Assembly: GCA_965287045.1 (NCBI GenBank)
Contig: OZ336881.1
Coordinates: 53,134,001 to 53,198,000 of the forward strand
DNA: 64,000 nt
DNA from: Carcharhinus amblyrhynchos
Taxonomy: Eukaryota
Direction: 5' to 3'
The notes under the pieces were generated by a model. The model saw nothing but the letters and a program-made list of their open reading frames with translations, ran no database searches and was not told the DNA's origin. This document shows, one piece after another, positions 1 to 13,354 of the stretch (positions are counted from its first letter, which is position 1; each line of letters starts with the position of its first letter). Both the position numbers and the translations under genes were made by a program.

Positions 1-303
1 GAAGCACAATCACTATCTGCGGAATACATGATTTAGATTGGTTTAGCCATTCTGCTTAGCGCATTAATAGAAGTAGTTTTATGTCTTGCAGCATTAAAGG
101 AAACGACAAATCTGAGGCCACAATATGTTCACGTGGTGCTCAGCTTTCCAGGCATATTTTAAACAGCACCAATAACCAAATTCTCATGTCAGATCTCAAT
201 GGTTCAACAAAACTCAACACTCAGCAAAGGCTCAATGGACTGAATGGCCACCACGTGTGCTGTAACCATTCAATGACTCTAACAGTGAAGGATCATAGGA
301 CAG

Positions 304-624
304 AATCATAGTATCCCTACAGTGCAGAAGGAGGTAATTCGGCCCATCGAGCCTGCATTGATAACAACCCCACCCCTTCCCCCAACCCCCTGTATTTATG
401 CCACTAATCCCCCTGACACCAAGGGGCAACTTAGCATGGCCAATCAACCTAACCTGACACATATTTCAGACTGTGGGGGGAAACCGGAGCACCCAGAGGA
501 AACCCACTCAGACACGGGGAGAATGTGCAAAGTCCAGGCGGAGAGTGAGGCGAGGCCGGTATTAAACCCGGCTCCCCTGGCGCTGTGAGACAGCAGTGCT
601 AACCGCTGTGCCACCGTGCTGCCC
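304..624 (-). mobile_element. HE1-type V-SINE (tRNA-derived), full length
   Basis: Reverse complement reads GGGCAGCACGGTGGCACAGCGGTTAGCACTGCTG..., then the V-domain (TTTGCACATTCTCCCCGTGTCTG...GGTTTCC), then a CR1-like tail (...CCTCCTTCTGCACTGTAGGGATACTATG). Confidence 0.9.
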
Positions 625-1167
625 CAGAGTCTGTACATTTTACACCTCTCTTCTCCATGACCCACTTCCTAGTTACAATCCAAACAGAAATGTTCACATG
701 TTCCACATTACAATTGTTAATGGTTTATTCCCCTAATTCCATAAAATATTAGACTGACAACAAATTTAACTTCAGTTAAAATGGGCTCCAAACAGCCTCA
801 ATTCAAAGGCACCAAGGAAATTAATAAGGTTCTCCCAGTTATATTTTCATAACTTATTCATTTAGAGTCAATATGCTCAATTGACATCATATAAACTCTG
901 AAGTGCAATGGCATCTAGATTCACCCTCCGGAAAAGAAATATTGAAATAATTTTAAGCCTCGCGAGTGGCTTGGAACGGATTCACGCAAACCCCAAATAA
1001 GGAAATGCACTCTTGAAACAAAACTCGTGTGCAGCATGTAGTCTCCAATACTGTGGCTGAAAGGCTGTGCAAGGACCCATCCCTTCAAATGCCTGCGTCA
1101 TACACGCTCTTAATTGTCTACTGTAAAGTGGGAGAGAGAAGCCGACACCATAATTCAGCCTGACTGT

Positions 1168-1460
1168 GGGTACAGTGGTTAGCACTGCTGCCTCACAGCA
1201 CCAGGGGCCCAGGTTCGATTCCCGGCTTTGGGTCACTGTCTGTGCACAGTTTGCACATTCTCCCCACGTCAGCCTGGGTTTTCTCTGGGTGCTCTAGTTT
1301 CCTCCCACAATCCGGAAGACATGCTGGTTAGGTGCATTGACCATGCTAAATTCTCCCTCGGTGTACCCGAACAAGCGCCGGGAGTGTGACGACTAGGGGA
1401 TTTCACAGTAACTTACATTAATGCAAACCTACTTGTGACTAATAACTGAACTTTACTTTA
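1168..1460 (+). mobile_element. V-SINE with HE1-type head and an alternative 3' tail
   Basis: Head GTGGTTAGCACTGCTGCCTCACAGCACCAGGGGCCCAGGTTCGATTCCC and V-domain match the other copies. The tail (GACTAGGGGATTTCACAGTAAC...CCTACTTGTGACTAATAA) differs from them. Confidence 0.85.
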
Positions 1461-2580
1461 ATCCAATCCCCTCTGCAGCCGACACTTAGAAGCTCGTGTA
1501 AAGTTGATGCTTTCCATGTTACCAGTAAAGTGCATACACTGAGTTTTCCTGCTGTGTTCTCAGTTCACGCCAAGGGACTGCGAGGTGTTAAGTTCCACGG
1601 ACTTTCTTTCTAGAAAATCCAAGGGTCTGTTGATATTTAGCCGCAGAGATCAAACACCACTCATGCAGGACATAGAGAGAATATGAAAGGACATGAAGTG
1701 AACAGCGCCAGCAGACACACTGTTCAGTTTCAGTCAGACATAGCCCACTGCCACTGCCACCACCTTTCACAAAGCTAGACATCTCTTTATGTCAGAACAA
1801 ATTGGGCATTCTTCAAATCATTTTTTTTCTCTCTTCTCTCTCTCTCTCCCGATGACAGAGGGATTCAAAGCAGGGAACAGAGCGTGGAAATGACTGTGAA
1901 AAGACTTCGCGGGGAAATCGCGGGATTGTTCATTACACCACAGCGATATCCTGAACTGGCAATGATCACTACTCAGCTGCGGAACAAGACAGTTTATTAA
2001 GCGGGCATGGCTGGCCATCTCACTGCCTAAAGGGATCACCATTTCACATGTGTAAATATCAAAAATAACTCCCGAACGTGAAATATTTAAGTGCCAGTGG
2101 CAGCGCACGGCACTATTAAATCTAAAAGGAAAAAGCTCACTTCTTCAGAAGGACCAGTGTACCCTCAGAATAAAAAAAAAAGATTCTCTCACTGGGGAAG
2201 AGGGAGGGTAGAAATCCCGGGGGGGGATTTTCTACTTGCACAGCATACTGTCAGAACTCACATGTAACTGTAGCGCTGATGAAAGAGCAGTCACTGTCAC
2301 CAGCCACGCTAAAATACCCACTTGTTTTAACAGCCACATTTGCACCTGTGCATAGACCACAGATGTCCAATTGGTTTTCAACAATCCAAGCTGTTTTTTT
2401 CAATACCGTTGCACGTTTTGACAATATCTCCAAAATGTTTTCCAGATCCTTTGCTTTATTCAGTGAGAATATGATTTTTACAACTTATTTTTATGCCTTA
2501 AATGTGATGGAACGTTCCCACGGTGTTTCGTAAGAGCATTATAAAACAAAGTATAGCACTGAGCCACATTTGGAGATTTA

Positions 2581-2716
2581 AGCCAGAATTTTACCATCTC
2601 ACCCGCCACGGGAATCACAGTGGGGGGGAGGGGGGAGACAGGGACCTTGCAAAGGTCTGTGGCCTTGGGTGGGATTTTCCGGTCTGGGGGCGAGCATAGC
2701 TGGAAATTCCCGCCCC
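2581..2716. mobile_element. ~135 bp Harbinger-type MITE
   Basis: Imperfect terminal inverted ends (GCCAGAATTTTACC ... GGAAATTCCCGCCC) flanked by TTA on both sides inside the L2. Related copies at 4118, 14996 and 24493. Confidence 0.7.
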
Positions 2717-2785
2717 TTAGGTCAGATGAGCAAAAGCATGGTTAGGAGTTCTGAGAAGTGTCTCAAAGGAGGAAAGGGAAGTAAA

Positions 2786-2992
2786 CACAGAAACATAGAA
2801 AATAGGAGCAGGAGTTGGCCTTCCGGCCCTTCAAGCCCGCTCCGACATTCAACGCGACCCTGGCTGATCCTCTAGTTCAACACCATGCTCCAGCACTTTC
2901 CCCAAACCCCCTGACACCTTTAGAGCCTAGAAAACTATCTATTTCCTTTTTAAATATATTCAGTGACTTGCCATCCACAGCCTTCTGTGGAA
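2786..2992 (-). mobile_element. CR1 LINE 3' tail fragment
   Basis: CATAGAAAATAGGAGCAGGAGTTGGCCTTCCGGCCC tail and ORF2 end (PQKAVDGKSLNIFKKEIDSFL in ORF 2877..3059). Confidence 0.85.
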
Positions 2993-4117
2993 GTAAAGAA
3001 GCAGATAGGGTATAAGGAATGCCAGATACTGGGTCCCAGGCACCAGAAGGCATGACCAATGATGGAGAAATTAATTATGAATGCACAAGAGGCCAGAACA
3101 AATATCTCAGAGAGTTGTGGGTTGGAGCTGATTACGGAAAAAGGGAAGGGCAAGGCCTTGGAGGAATTTGAAAACAGGATTGGGCATTCTAAAATCAAGA
3201 TGTAACTTGACTGGAAGTCAATGTAGGCCAGCGAGCATAGTCGTGATAAGGGAATAGAACTGAGTTAATACATGGGCGGCAGATTTTTATATGACTTCAC
3301 GTTTACAGGTACATTTGGCCAAATTCTTATTCACAAAATCTAGTTTCGAGTGCGGATTATTACTTGTGTAAAAAAAAAACTGGCAAGAAAATAGAGAATC
3401 TGCATTGTCAAATAGAAAAAAAGAATGGGTTTGATACAGTGGCAACAGTATCAAGCAACAACGTATTAATGTTGTATCAAGTTATTTAGCATGTCCCTTT
3501 TAACAAGTACAATTTTTACTTATATTCAGAACTGTGCCAGATACATGTGCTACCCAGCTGGCTGCAAATATATCCTGAACAACAAAAGAAATAGTACTGT
3601 ACTTGTCTTTATAACGTTGATTCCCAAGGCTCACATCCACCTGCTTCCATCAAGTTTCATCAGCTCTTGGCTCTGCCACCAGATGAAATGTCACATGAAT
3701 CGCATTAGGCATTTCACTCTGGGGGGAGACAGGAGAGGAGGATAGGGAAAGGAGCAAAGGATTGGAGTGCAGTGGGGAAAAAGAGAGGGGCAGGGGAGAG
3801 ACAAAGCTAGCGGCTGAGATAGAAAAAAGGGAAAAAAGAGTAGATACTGCAGTGTAGAGAAAAGTAAAACAGAAAGGAGACAAACAAAGACGCGGGTGAA
3901 GAGAAGGAAAAAGAATGAGAGGCATACATACTCACAGGGGTGGGGATGGGACACATACCCACACACATAGCAAATAATTGAGTGAGATTCCCTTATGTTT
4001 GTAGCCTACTTGTCCTGTCCTTTAGTTACATGTAGAGTCATAAAGGTTAAGTCTATTTCAAAAAGCAAGGGGATCTCGGTGAAAAAAAAAGTCAAATTAT
4101 TCAAAACGAAGACATAC

Positions 4118-4253
4118 GATGGGATTCTCTGGCTGCGCTCGCCCCGAAACCAGAAAATTCCGCCCGAGGTCAACGGACCTTTCCATGGTCAACCCGTCAC
4201 CCGCGGGCAGAACAGTAAAGTCCCAGGGCGGGCAGAACAGGAAAGTCCACCCC
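4118..4253. mobile_element. Harbinger-type MITE
   Basis: Same family as 14996-15123 (AAAATTCCGCCCGAGGTCAACGGACCTTT core). Confidence 0.65.
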
Positions 4254-4769
4254 ATATTTCTGGGTGAGTGAAGGCGGCTCTAGGGATTGGAGGGGAGGGG
4301 AAGGGGGCACCGAGGGTGAGGAGTCACATACTTGAGGACTGGGCACTTAATATGGCTGTTGGTTAGATTTTCAATTCATTTTCCTCTTTTTAGGCCAGTT
4401 ACATTGATCTCCTAGTTCAGACCTGCTCAAATCCCACTAGCCAAAGGACCTGGGGATACTATAATAATTTTATATTGGTTTTTACTCAATATTAACCAGG
4501 TTAGAAACATTCAAATTAATAACAATGATTTAGCTTGCATTATCTCCACATAGGTAATGTAAGATGCTTTACATTACTGAAGACCTATAAAAGTTATTTG
4601 AAAGAAGCACAGACATAAACAGGAGTGCTTAGTAGCAGTGAGCTCCCTGAGATCTCATTAATAACCTTAAAGCAGTTCAGTCCAGTTCATTACAAATATA
4701 TACAGGCTTCCAATAACTCATGACTTTTACGAATTAGATTGTTGCTTCCCCAATTCGTTCAGCTGACAA

Positions 4770-5015
4770 GTGCACTGACCACACAGACCAAGAAGCTCTG
4801 CGTTAAACAGTTTCAGAAGGACTGGTAGAAAGCTTCAGCATCCTTGGGCTAGAAAGGGGAAATGCTCAGTTGGAATGCCTGACGTATGTGTCCAGTGACT
4901 CCATATGGAAAGTGCCCGTGTGCAACTTCCCCATGTTGCAACAGCCTGCTGACATTCACTGTTCCAGCTCACGTACTAAGAATAGCCACTTTAGTAAGAG
5001 ACCATAGGCTGATGT
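4770..5015 (+). mobile_element. Ancient SINE remnant (LF-SINE-like shark family)
   Basis: CAGCCTGCTGACATTCACTGTTCCAGCTCAC...AAGAATAGCCACTT resembles a recurrent shark SINE body; heavily decayed. Confidence 0.35.
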
Positions 5016-8000
5016 TACATGTGAAACTGAACCGTAACTTCATTTTACACCTTCAGAAAATTTGCTCAATTATAAACTCCATCAAACGATATCCAACAAA
5101 TTGATCGGAATATGATTTGCCCCTCAAAGCTAATCAATCTAGAGTAGTACAGTGGTTGCTGGGAGGCGTACGGTAATAAACTGGCAGACTCTCATATTGG
5201 GGGTGTACAAGGCTCCACTGCCAGCTTTGAATGACATTTTGACTCCCGGGCCAAAACTCAATTGGTTCTTCAGCAAGTCAGTGGCTATCGTTCTCAGCAA
5301 CTCCATCTTATTTTTAAACCAATTGATAGAAAGTTCCACGCAACACCACCAAGTACATTTCTTGTTAGCCAATGCGGAATGACAAACACAGCTGCCACAG
5401 AGGTGGCAGCAAAGATAGGAGAAATGTACGGTGACAAGAATTTCCATTCAAAGCAGCTCATTTGGTCTAAAGTCTCACAATACACAATTACTTAAGATTA
5501 AGACAGTTCCAGCTGATTATTTTGGGAATCGAACTCTGTCAATTGCTATAATCGGAACAGATTTCACTGCATAATTTGTTTGAAAAATGGCACAACTCAC
5601 TACATTTTCTTCCATGCAGATGGAAACAATATATTACTAGTTCTGCAGAATAAACCCTAGTTTATTTAGATATATTGATGCCCTTTGGTCGCCTCATAAA
5701 CAAAAGACCACAAAATATTTGTATTTTGTGCTTTATTACAACAATCTGAACACTCTTTTGAAGAATAAGATCAGAACAACCAGATCAAATGAGTGGGCTG
5801 TACTGCACTACGCCTGTGCCAGCATGCTCGATAACAAGTCAATTAATTGATTAAATTTCTGTTGATTAAAATGTTTCAATCAATTATAATCAATTAATCG
5901 TCACAGATCCACTCAAGATAACCTATGGATCATGGACGCATAATAAACATGTGGGACATATATGTGCATGAAATACAAATAAAAATATTTCAACCCATGC
6001 TCACGCACACAGTCTAAAAGCAAATAAGATTAAATATTTTTTTCTAAACCACAGACAAATGGGCTTAAGGGCTCCATAAAAATCAGGAATGTGAAAACTA
6101 CACAATACTTAATCATCTTTTGTGATTACTCAATAAGGATTAGCACTAGAGAAATGTTCAATATTACATTTCCTTCTCGTATGCATTTTTATTTACTTTG
6201 GGTAATAACTGACATCTTTAATATCCAGAAATATGGAAGGAGTGTTTTAAAGAAAGTTAACAAGTGCAAATTTAGGCCAAATAAAATGCCCCAGCACGCA
6301 AATAATACAATATCAAGTGCTTTACATACAGTCAAAATTACCGTCGAAGATGGAAAGGCTGAGTTCCTCACAGGTTTTTTTGAACATAAAGTCCCAATAA
6401 GAAGATCAGCACAATATACTGAAATAATGGAATATTCATCCTCCTAATCCATATGCAATTCTTCAGGAGCAATGAATGTGAGGGATGCCTGTATTCAGGA
6501 TTTAAATAAGATGTCTTTCTAAAACATACAGTTATCATTTCTGCACCATCGCACTCAATATGACAAGGTTAGCATTTTCTTTTCAGCTGAAATGAAGGGA
6601 CCACAATGCAGTGTTGTTTTAAACAAAAAAAAAATTTTTAAACGTTACGTTTGTCAGTGAGCTGAACATCTAAAATAATGTTTGGCCCCCATCCATTTTT
6701 ATTACAGGGGGAAATCAATATATCGAATATCAATATCAGGTACAGATGTTTGCCAGGATATTGTATGCTACTGAGCTAGATCATTTGCTGTACTATTGCA
6801 CCTTTAATCCTTCCTGGATGAATCAGGTTGCAATCAGCTCAACAACCCCTGCAGAAAATAATGGGGAATGCTGAAGTCCTCTAAGGCTAAAATGGATCAA
6901 CCAGTGACCACAATATTGCACTAAGGCTATACGCAGTACTAACAGAAAATTAACCCGTCAAGTTTGAATTGCTGGTTCTGCCCATTCACTTTACTTGCAG
7001 TAAAGGTTAAATGTCCAAGGGATATTCATCAGCATTACATATGAAACAGTCCAGCAGGTGTCCGTGGGAACGCAGCACTTAAAATTCTTGTTTTCATTTT
7101 TGTTTTGTCTGTACATTACACGATGACTATGGTAGTTTGGGCAATGTCCATCCTTTAGGAAACCGCCATTTGTGCATTGAAGTCCTTCTAAATGCAAACG
7201 CAGGCAAACAACAATCGCTTTCTCTCCTCCATAACAAATTCTGTCTGGGCCCTCAAAAAGTTTTTGATCAGCTGCTCAGCTGTCCTCTGCACGTTTCAGC
7301 AAAGGCCGCTTTAGGCTCTCCCACAGCGGAACAATAAAACATATCAGAGCTTCTTAAGCCTTTTCTTCCAAAATGGCAAGAAATGAATGCGTGGAAGAAT
7401 TAATAAATGCCAAAAGAGAAACTTCAACATTTAAACTGGGCACAAGTAACATGCCCCTGGCACCCATTAGGTAACATAAGTAAGTCACAATATTTCCAAA
7501 ACCAGCATCTGTGGCCACACAAAATTAATCATCAATTTGCTGGATGGTAATTTAGATGATCTGTTCATGTTTTACGTATTTTAAGGTTTTGTTTTTAAAG
7601 TAAATGTTTCAAACGGTACAATAAAGACTGCAAGCCACTGATGAGAAATTCAGTTATGAAAGGCCTGAGTATTATTTGTTTTTGAAAAATGGGAAATGGT
7701 TTCCTATTACACCGCGGCTGCTATTGTGACTGTATGAATTCAAAGTGGTTTTGATCAGGGAAATACTTATCTGCTAAAGAAAAAAAATGCTAATTCTATA
7801 ATGACTGAAACAAAAGAAAACAAGGATGCATGCCTGAGAGATAGCCAAAGAAAATGCATCACTTAGACAAATGAACCATCAGCATTATCGATCTACCTGC
7901 GTTAGCCCTCGTCTGCATGATAAAAATTACTAACTGAAAAACTACATGTGAACAAATAGATCAAGTGCGCTGGCAAGAAAATGCAAAGAATATTAGCCAA

Positions 8001-8789
8001 GAATAATGACTTGTACATAATAATATAGTTAATATAAATTGTTTAGAGCCCTTTGGTGCTGACAAATATAGCTGTGCTGAATTTCTGAACCATTGAAGCC
8101 ACTGAGGAACAATTTTGTAGATTTCATCAACAGCTCTAATTATGTTCCTGTCAAGTCTAGAACAAAGTAATCCATAACTGGGGAGCCCATTCAGAGACAG
8201 TAACGCGCAGAGGTAATTTATGCCCAAGACACAAGGCGCTTTTGTATTTAGTGTACACAACACTTTGCTAACAAGAGGATGTACAGAATTTATGAGGAAA
8301 ACCACAAACAGGCAGCTCTTGATGATTTTAACAAATTAAAGAGAGTGGGAAAGCTCTAGAGTGAAAAGCAACTGTTCAACAACTGCTTCAGTCAGCTCTT
8401 GAACCATAACAACTGCAATAAATGATTCTGGTAGCTAAGGCATTAATCGGAATTAATTTAACCCTATGATATACTGTATTTCTTTTCCATAACTATAACA
8501 CTGATACCGCCTAAAATGGGATTTAACAGAAGAACAGGACATGTGCTTTTACAAACACAATTAACAACATTTATGCTCCTGGAACCATAGCATGACAACA
8601 ACATACATTTATTTAAAACCTTTAAGTGTAGCAAAACAGGAGCATAATCAGACAAAATCTGTCACTCAGACAGATAAAGGTAGTTTAGGGTGAATGCTCA
8701 AAAGCTTGGCCAGTAGGATTTTATAGAGTAAAGGTTTAATAGTTACATCAATTAGACAATGATGGTATATCAGGGTCAGATTATCAAGA

Positions 8790-9858
8790 GACTCATGAGT
8801 TTCATGAGGTTTACAGCATGGAAACAGGCCCTTCGGCCCAACTTGTTCATGCCGTCCAATTTTTACAATTAAGTAAGTCCCAATTTCCCGTGTTTAGCCC
8901 ATATCCCTCTATACCAATCTTACCCATGTAACTATCTAAATGCTTTTTAAAAGGCAAAATTGTACATGCCACTACTACTGCCTCTGGCAACTCATTCCAA
9001 GCACTCAGCACTCTGTGTGAAAAAATTGCCCCTCTGGACCCTTTTGTATTTCCCCCTTCTCACTTTAAACGTTTGCCCTCTAGTTTTTGACTCCCCTACT
9101 TTTGGAGAAAGATGTTGACTATCTACCTTATCCATGTCCCTCATTATTTTATAGACCTCTGTAAGATCATCCTTTAGCCTCATACGCTCCAGGGAAAAAA
9201 GTCCTAATCTATGCAGCCTCTTCTTATAGCTGAAACCATCAAGTCCCAATAGCATCCTGGTAAATCTTTTCTGCACTCTTTCTAGTTTAATAATATCATT
9301 TCTATAATAGAGTGACCATAACTGTACACAGTATTCCAAATGTAGCTTTACCAATATCTTGTACAACTTCAACAAGACGTCACAACTCCTGTCTTCAATG
9401 CTCTGACCAATGAAACCAAGCATGCCCAATGTCTTCTTCACCATCCTGTCCACCTGTGACTCCACTTCAAGGAGCTATGAACCTGTACCTCTAGTTTTCT
9501 GTTCCATAATTCTCCCTAGCACCCTTCCATTAACTCAGTACATCCTGCCCTGCTGTAATCTACCAAAATGCATCACTTCATATTTATCTAAATTAAACTC
9601 CATCTGCCATTCATCAGCCCACTGGCCCAAACGATCAAGATTCCGTTGCAATCCTAGATAACCTTCTTCACTGTCCACTATGCCACCAAACTTGGTGCCG
9701 TCTGGAAACTTACAAACCATGTTGCCTAAATTCTCAACCAAATCATTAATATAAATGACAAATAACAGTGGACCCAGCACCGATCCCTGAGGCACACCAC
9801 TGGTCACAGGCCTCCAGTTTGAAAAACAACCCTCTACAACCACCCTCTGTCTTCTGTC
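8790..9858 (-). mobile_element. CR1 (HER1-type) LINE, 5'-truncated, inserted in the Gypsy 5' LTR
   Basis: ORFs 9535..9873 (SGVPQGSVLGPLLFVIYINDL...KFPDGTK) and 8992..9465 (HLEYCVQLWS...LERVQKRFTRML) are the CR1 RT C-terminus. Confidence 0.95.
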
Positions 9859-11484
9859 CAAATAAGGGAGCAAGACATAGGACAGTCTGTGTCTAGAAAA
9901 CTTACCATGAGGTCTTAGATGTAGGATTTCTAAATAAACAGTTTTGAGAAAAACTAAATTATGGCCATCTCTAAGTCACTCCTAGAATAAGTGAAAGTTT
10001 GTGAGCCAGTATATGTAGAGGGCAAAATGCCAAACCATGGTGGCTGTGCTGGAGGCTATTGTTTAAGAAAACAGACACAGATTGGGAATTGACAACCTCG
10101 GAACAGCTCGACTTTGCAAACAAGAATAAAAATAGGACACATCTTGGTAGGGGACAGTGAATGAACCACTAATAGTGCCAGCAGCCACTGAACAGCCACT
10201 ACCCTTTTCAGAGCCCTTTAACACAGCAAAAGTCTGTAGCAAGGGCAGCGATGGAAACTCGGGAGGTGACAGTTTGTAAGGTACTGAAAGCTTCAGGCTC
10301 AGGGGACCAGACATAATAGTCAGTACGCTCTTATAGTAATTGGGGCCATAGCTGACAATGCCCTGGTGAGACAAAGAGTTGTAGAGACCTTGGCATCCTA
10401 CAGGGAAGATTTCAGGCCGTTTAATATTACTTCAAGCCTGAAAATAGTCTGGTCATTGAACGGGCAAGATACAATCAAAACAGCAAAAGGCTGGGTGAAT
10501 CCATTGATCAATTTGATAATGATTTGTATTGCCTGCCCAGTAGTTGCAGCTATGGAGCTTTAAAACATGATTCAATTCACAACTGCATTGTAGTCAGCAT
10601 GCTTGACAAAGCACCATTGGAATTCTTGCAAACCAAGAAGGATTTAATGTCAGAGAAGGCCAAACAATTTGCAAGGCAGACGGAACTACAAAAGCAGAAT
10701 TAGAGTTAATTTTGAGGGGACATTGAGGCTCAGGAGCAGTCAATCCAGTAATGTAGGCCCCAAGTCAGGGGTTCTGCCCATCTAAAAGCCTGCCAAAACC
10801 GCCAAAGGAGAGGGATGAGGGACTATCTTACAATGTTCCAGATATGGACTGGAGTTTTACCGCACTGTCCGCCATGGGACTTGAAGCGAGCAAAGGGCAG
10901 ACAATGGAAAGATCCATTGACCCCAGGTGGAATTTTACAGTTTCAGGAGAAGCGAGGCCATAAAATTCTGCTCATGGTGCCAAAAAGCGTCATCGCCACA
11001 AAGGATGCCCAGAAGGGTGAGTCGACTTGTTTCTCTGTGACAAGACAGGATATTTCATACAATTCTGTAAAACTAAAGGACAGTTTAAAGAAATAAAACT
11101 AGAAAAAGCTCCCAACAATTATGTGTGTAGGATATTGAAAATATAGCATTTCAATCAGGCAGTTTCTTAGAATTCAAAAACCCTGATAAGCAGGTCTGGA
11201 TGTACAGCTGCAAGTCCAAGAATACAGGACAGAATTTAAATTGAACACTGGAACTCAAGACTCAGTCTTGTTGGACAAATTGGAATGGCTTCAGGAAGTA
11301 GAAATCCAGCCATTTAAAATAAAGCCATGGGAACTGGGTGGGAGGAAGGCGAGGGGTAAAGGGGGTGAGGCACAGGTCTCAACGTGAGGGCAGTTCACTA
11401 CAACCCTTAAGCATGAGGATAACAAAATACAATGGGCCGATGGTCCTTTTCTGTACTGAATGACCCTACGACTCTTTAAATCTT

Positions 11485-11925
11485 AGAGAACAGAGAAGTT
11501 GGAGAACCTTGGTTTGTTCTCATTGGAACAACGGAGGCTGAGGGGTGACCTGATGGAAGTCTACAAGATTACAAGTGGCATGGACAGAGAGGATAGTCAG
11601 GAGCTTTTTCCCAGAAGGAAGAGTCAATTACTAGGGGGTAGGTTTAAGGTGCAAGAAGCAAGGTTTAAAGGAGATGTGTGATGCAAGTTTTTTTTTTACA
11701 CAGAGGGTGGTGAGTGCCTGAAACTCGCTGCTGGGGGAGGTACTGGAAGCAGATACGATAGTGACTTAAGGGGCGGCTTGACAAATATATGAATAGGATG
11801 GGAATAGAGGAATATGGTCCCTGGAAGGGTAGAGGGCTTTAGTTCTCATGGGCAGCATGGTCGAGGCAGGCTTAGTGTGCCGAAGAGCCTGTTCCTGTGC
11901 TGTAATTTTCTTTTGCTCTTTGTTC
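11485..11925 (+). mobile_element. CR1 LINE 3' fragment inside the Gypsy element
   Basis: LGLFSLEQRRLRGDLMEVYKI (ORF 11499..11681) followed by a CR1 3' UTR. Confidence 0.9.
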
Positions 11926-13354
11926 AGATAAATTTCTCTATTCAGCAGGACAGTATGTGTAGGACTAGAGCTTCTATATAAATGCTCAAAGAGACAACAA
12001 CAGATGAAAGCAGAACAATATTCGGGAATGAATTTCTAAAGTTGTTCTGAGGATTGGGAAAGCTCAAAAACTGCAGCCAAAGCTGAAGGTAACTCACTGC
12101 GCAGTGAGTCAGTCTTTATTAAGGAAACACTGGACCACAGGTGGCGATTGCAGATCTCTCACCTCTGTGTGGGACACTTAGAAGAGGCAGAAACAGAATG
12201 TAACCATCTGCTACCGGAGCTGCCAGGCCTGGGCTAGTTCTTTCCGGATAGAGTTCAAGAAAATAAAGCCCCTGCAGAGGCAGATGATGATCTGTCATAG
12301 AGAGCGGAGTGAGATTTTGGCTCTCTTCTGCCGACACTGCATTAATGATTGTGAAATCTCTGCCCCCTCTTTTGAGGAGGGTTACCATTCATTGAAGGAG
12401 GTAATAAGAAGTGAATTTGTCTACTTATTTCTCTGAGCCCACTGATAGCTTACATCCACAACTGCAAGCAACCCGCCAAAAGCTATGCAGGGGGAATGAG
12501 ATGCTGAGCTCCAAATTGGATCAAACTGATAGTAAAGTTCAGAGATTATTAAGTTCCGAAACGTAAACTGGAGCCAATACTTGGATCTCATCAGCAAGCT
12601 GTGGATTCACTCAGGCTTCCTTTCAGTAAATAAGCAGAGACCCAAACTGCAGCTGACGCATACTATACAGAAACCTCCCACAGATCTTGCTCTGGGAGTT
12701 TATTCTATTGTCCATGGTGGCACAATCCCATTTTCTCCTGCTGACCCCCAGGATTCAGCGAAGCAACTGAACGCTGAAGCAAGCATGGAAATGACAGCAC
12801 TGAAATCCCTACCAGAAGAGCGGGGTGGGGGGGTGAGTCTTCCTTTCCTTGTACCCTGCTGTGTCTTCAGGATGTTCTTCGTTCTTCTTTTCATCAACCA
12901 GATTCAATCACAACTCAGTGTGCAAAACAGAAGGAGATAACAGAGAGACTTTCAGTTCATCGTCTTCCCTTTCAAGTGATTATGATCGCCAAAGTGCTGG
13001 AGGGTTCTCCATTCAATCAGTTTTTCCTTGATTAGTTTTTACTGCTTTTACGTTCAGGTTATTATGAGAGTTGAAGCCCAGGAGCGAGCTGTCATGGGAA
13101 GCTGCTATCCCACTCCACCAATGTTTCTGCCTTCCAAGGAGAAGATAAGGGAACACAAATGTCCTGTATGTCCTCCAAGGGAGCGGAGGACACTCTGGGC
13201 ATGGGCATCTTTGGCAAAGGTGATTGGAGAGAGGGGCGCGAATGGGGTGATGGAATAAGAGTTGGATGAAAACCGTAAACCGTGCATGAGGTTAACAGAT
13301 GGTGGGAATGTAATGTAAATATTTTAAATCATCTTTGAGACTTTACTTGGGAGA

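Larger units (their letters stand above)
2480..3310 (-). mobile_element. L2-type LINE 3' remnant, interrupted by a MITE and a CR1 tail
   Basis: Motifs AAACAAAGTATAGCACTGAGCCACAT...AGATGAGCAAAAGC...CACAAGAGGCCAGAA resemble 8640-8720 and 13740-13935 and the shark L2 3' end as I recall it. Confidence 0.6.

Noticed and set aside
3642-3925. Long minus-strand polypyrimidine tract followed by a possible exon (CCCCCCAG|AGTGAA...)
   Set aside because: All three frames contain stops and the donors are weak; more simply a GA-rich low-complexity tract.
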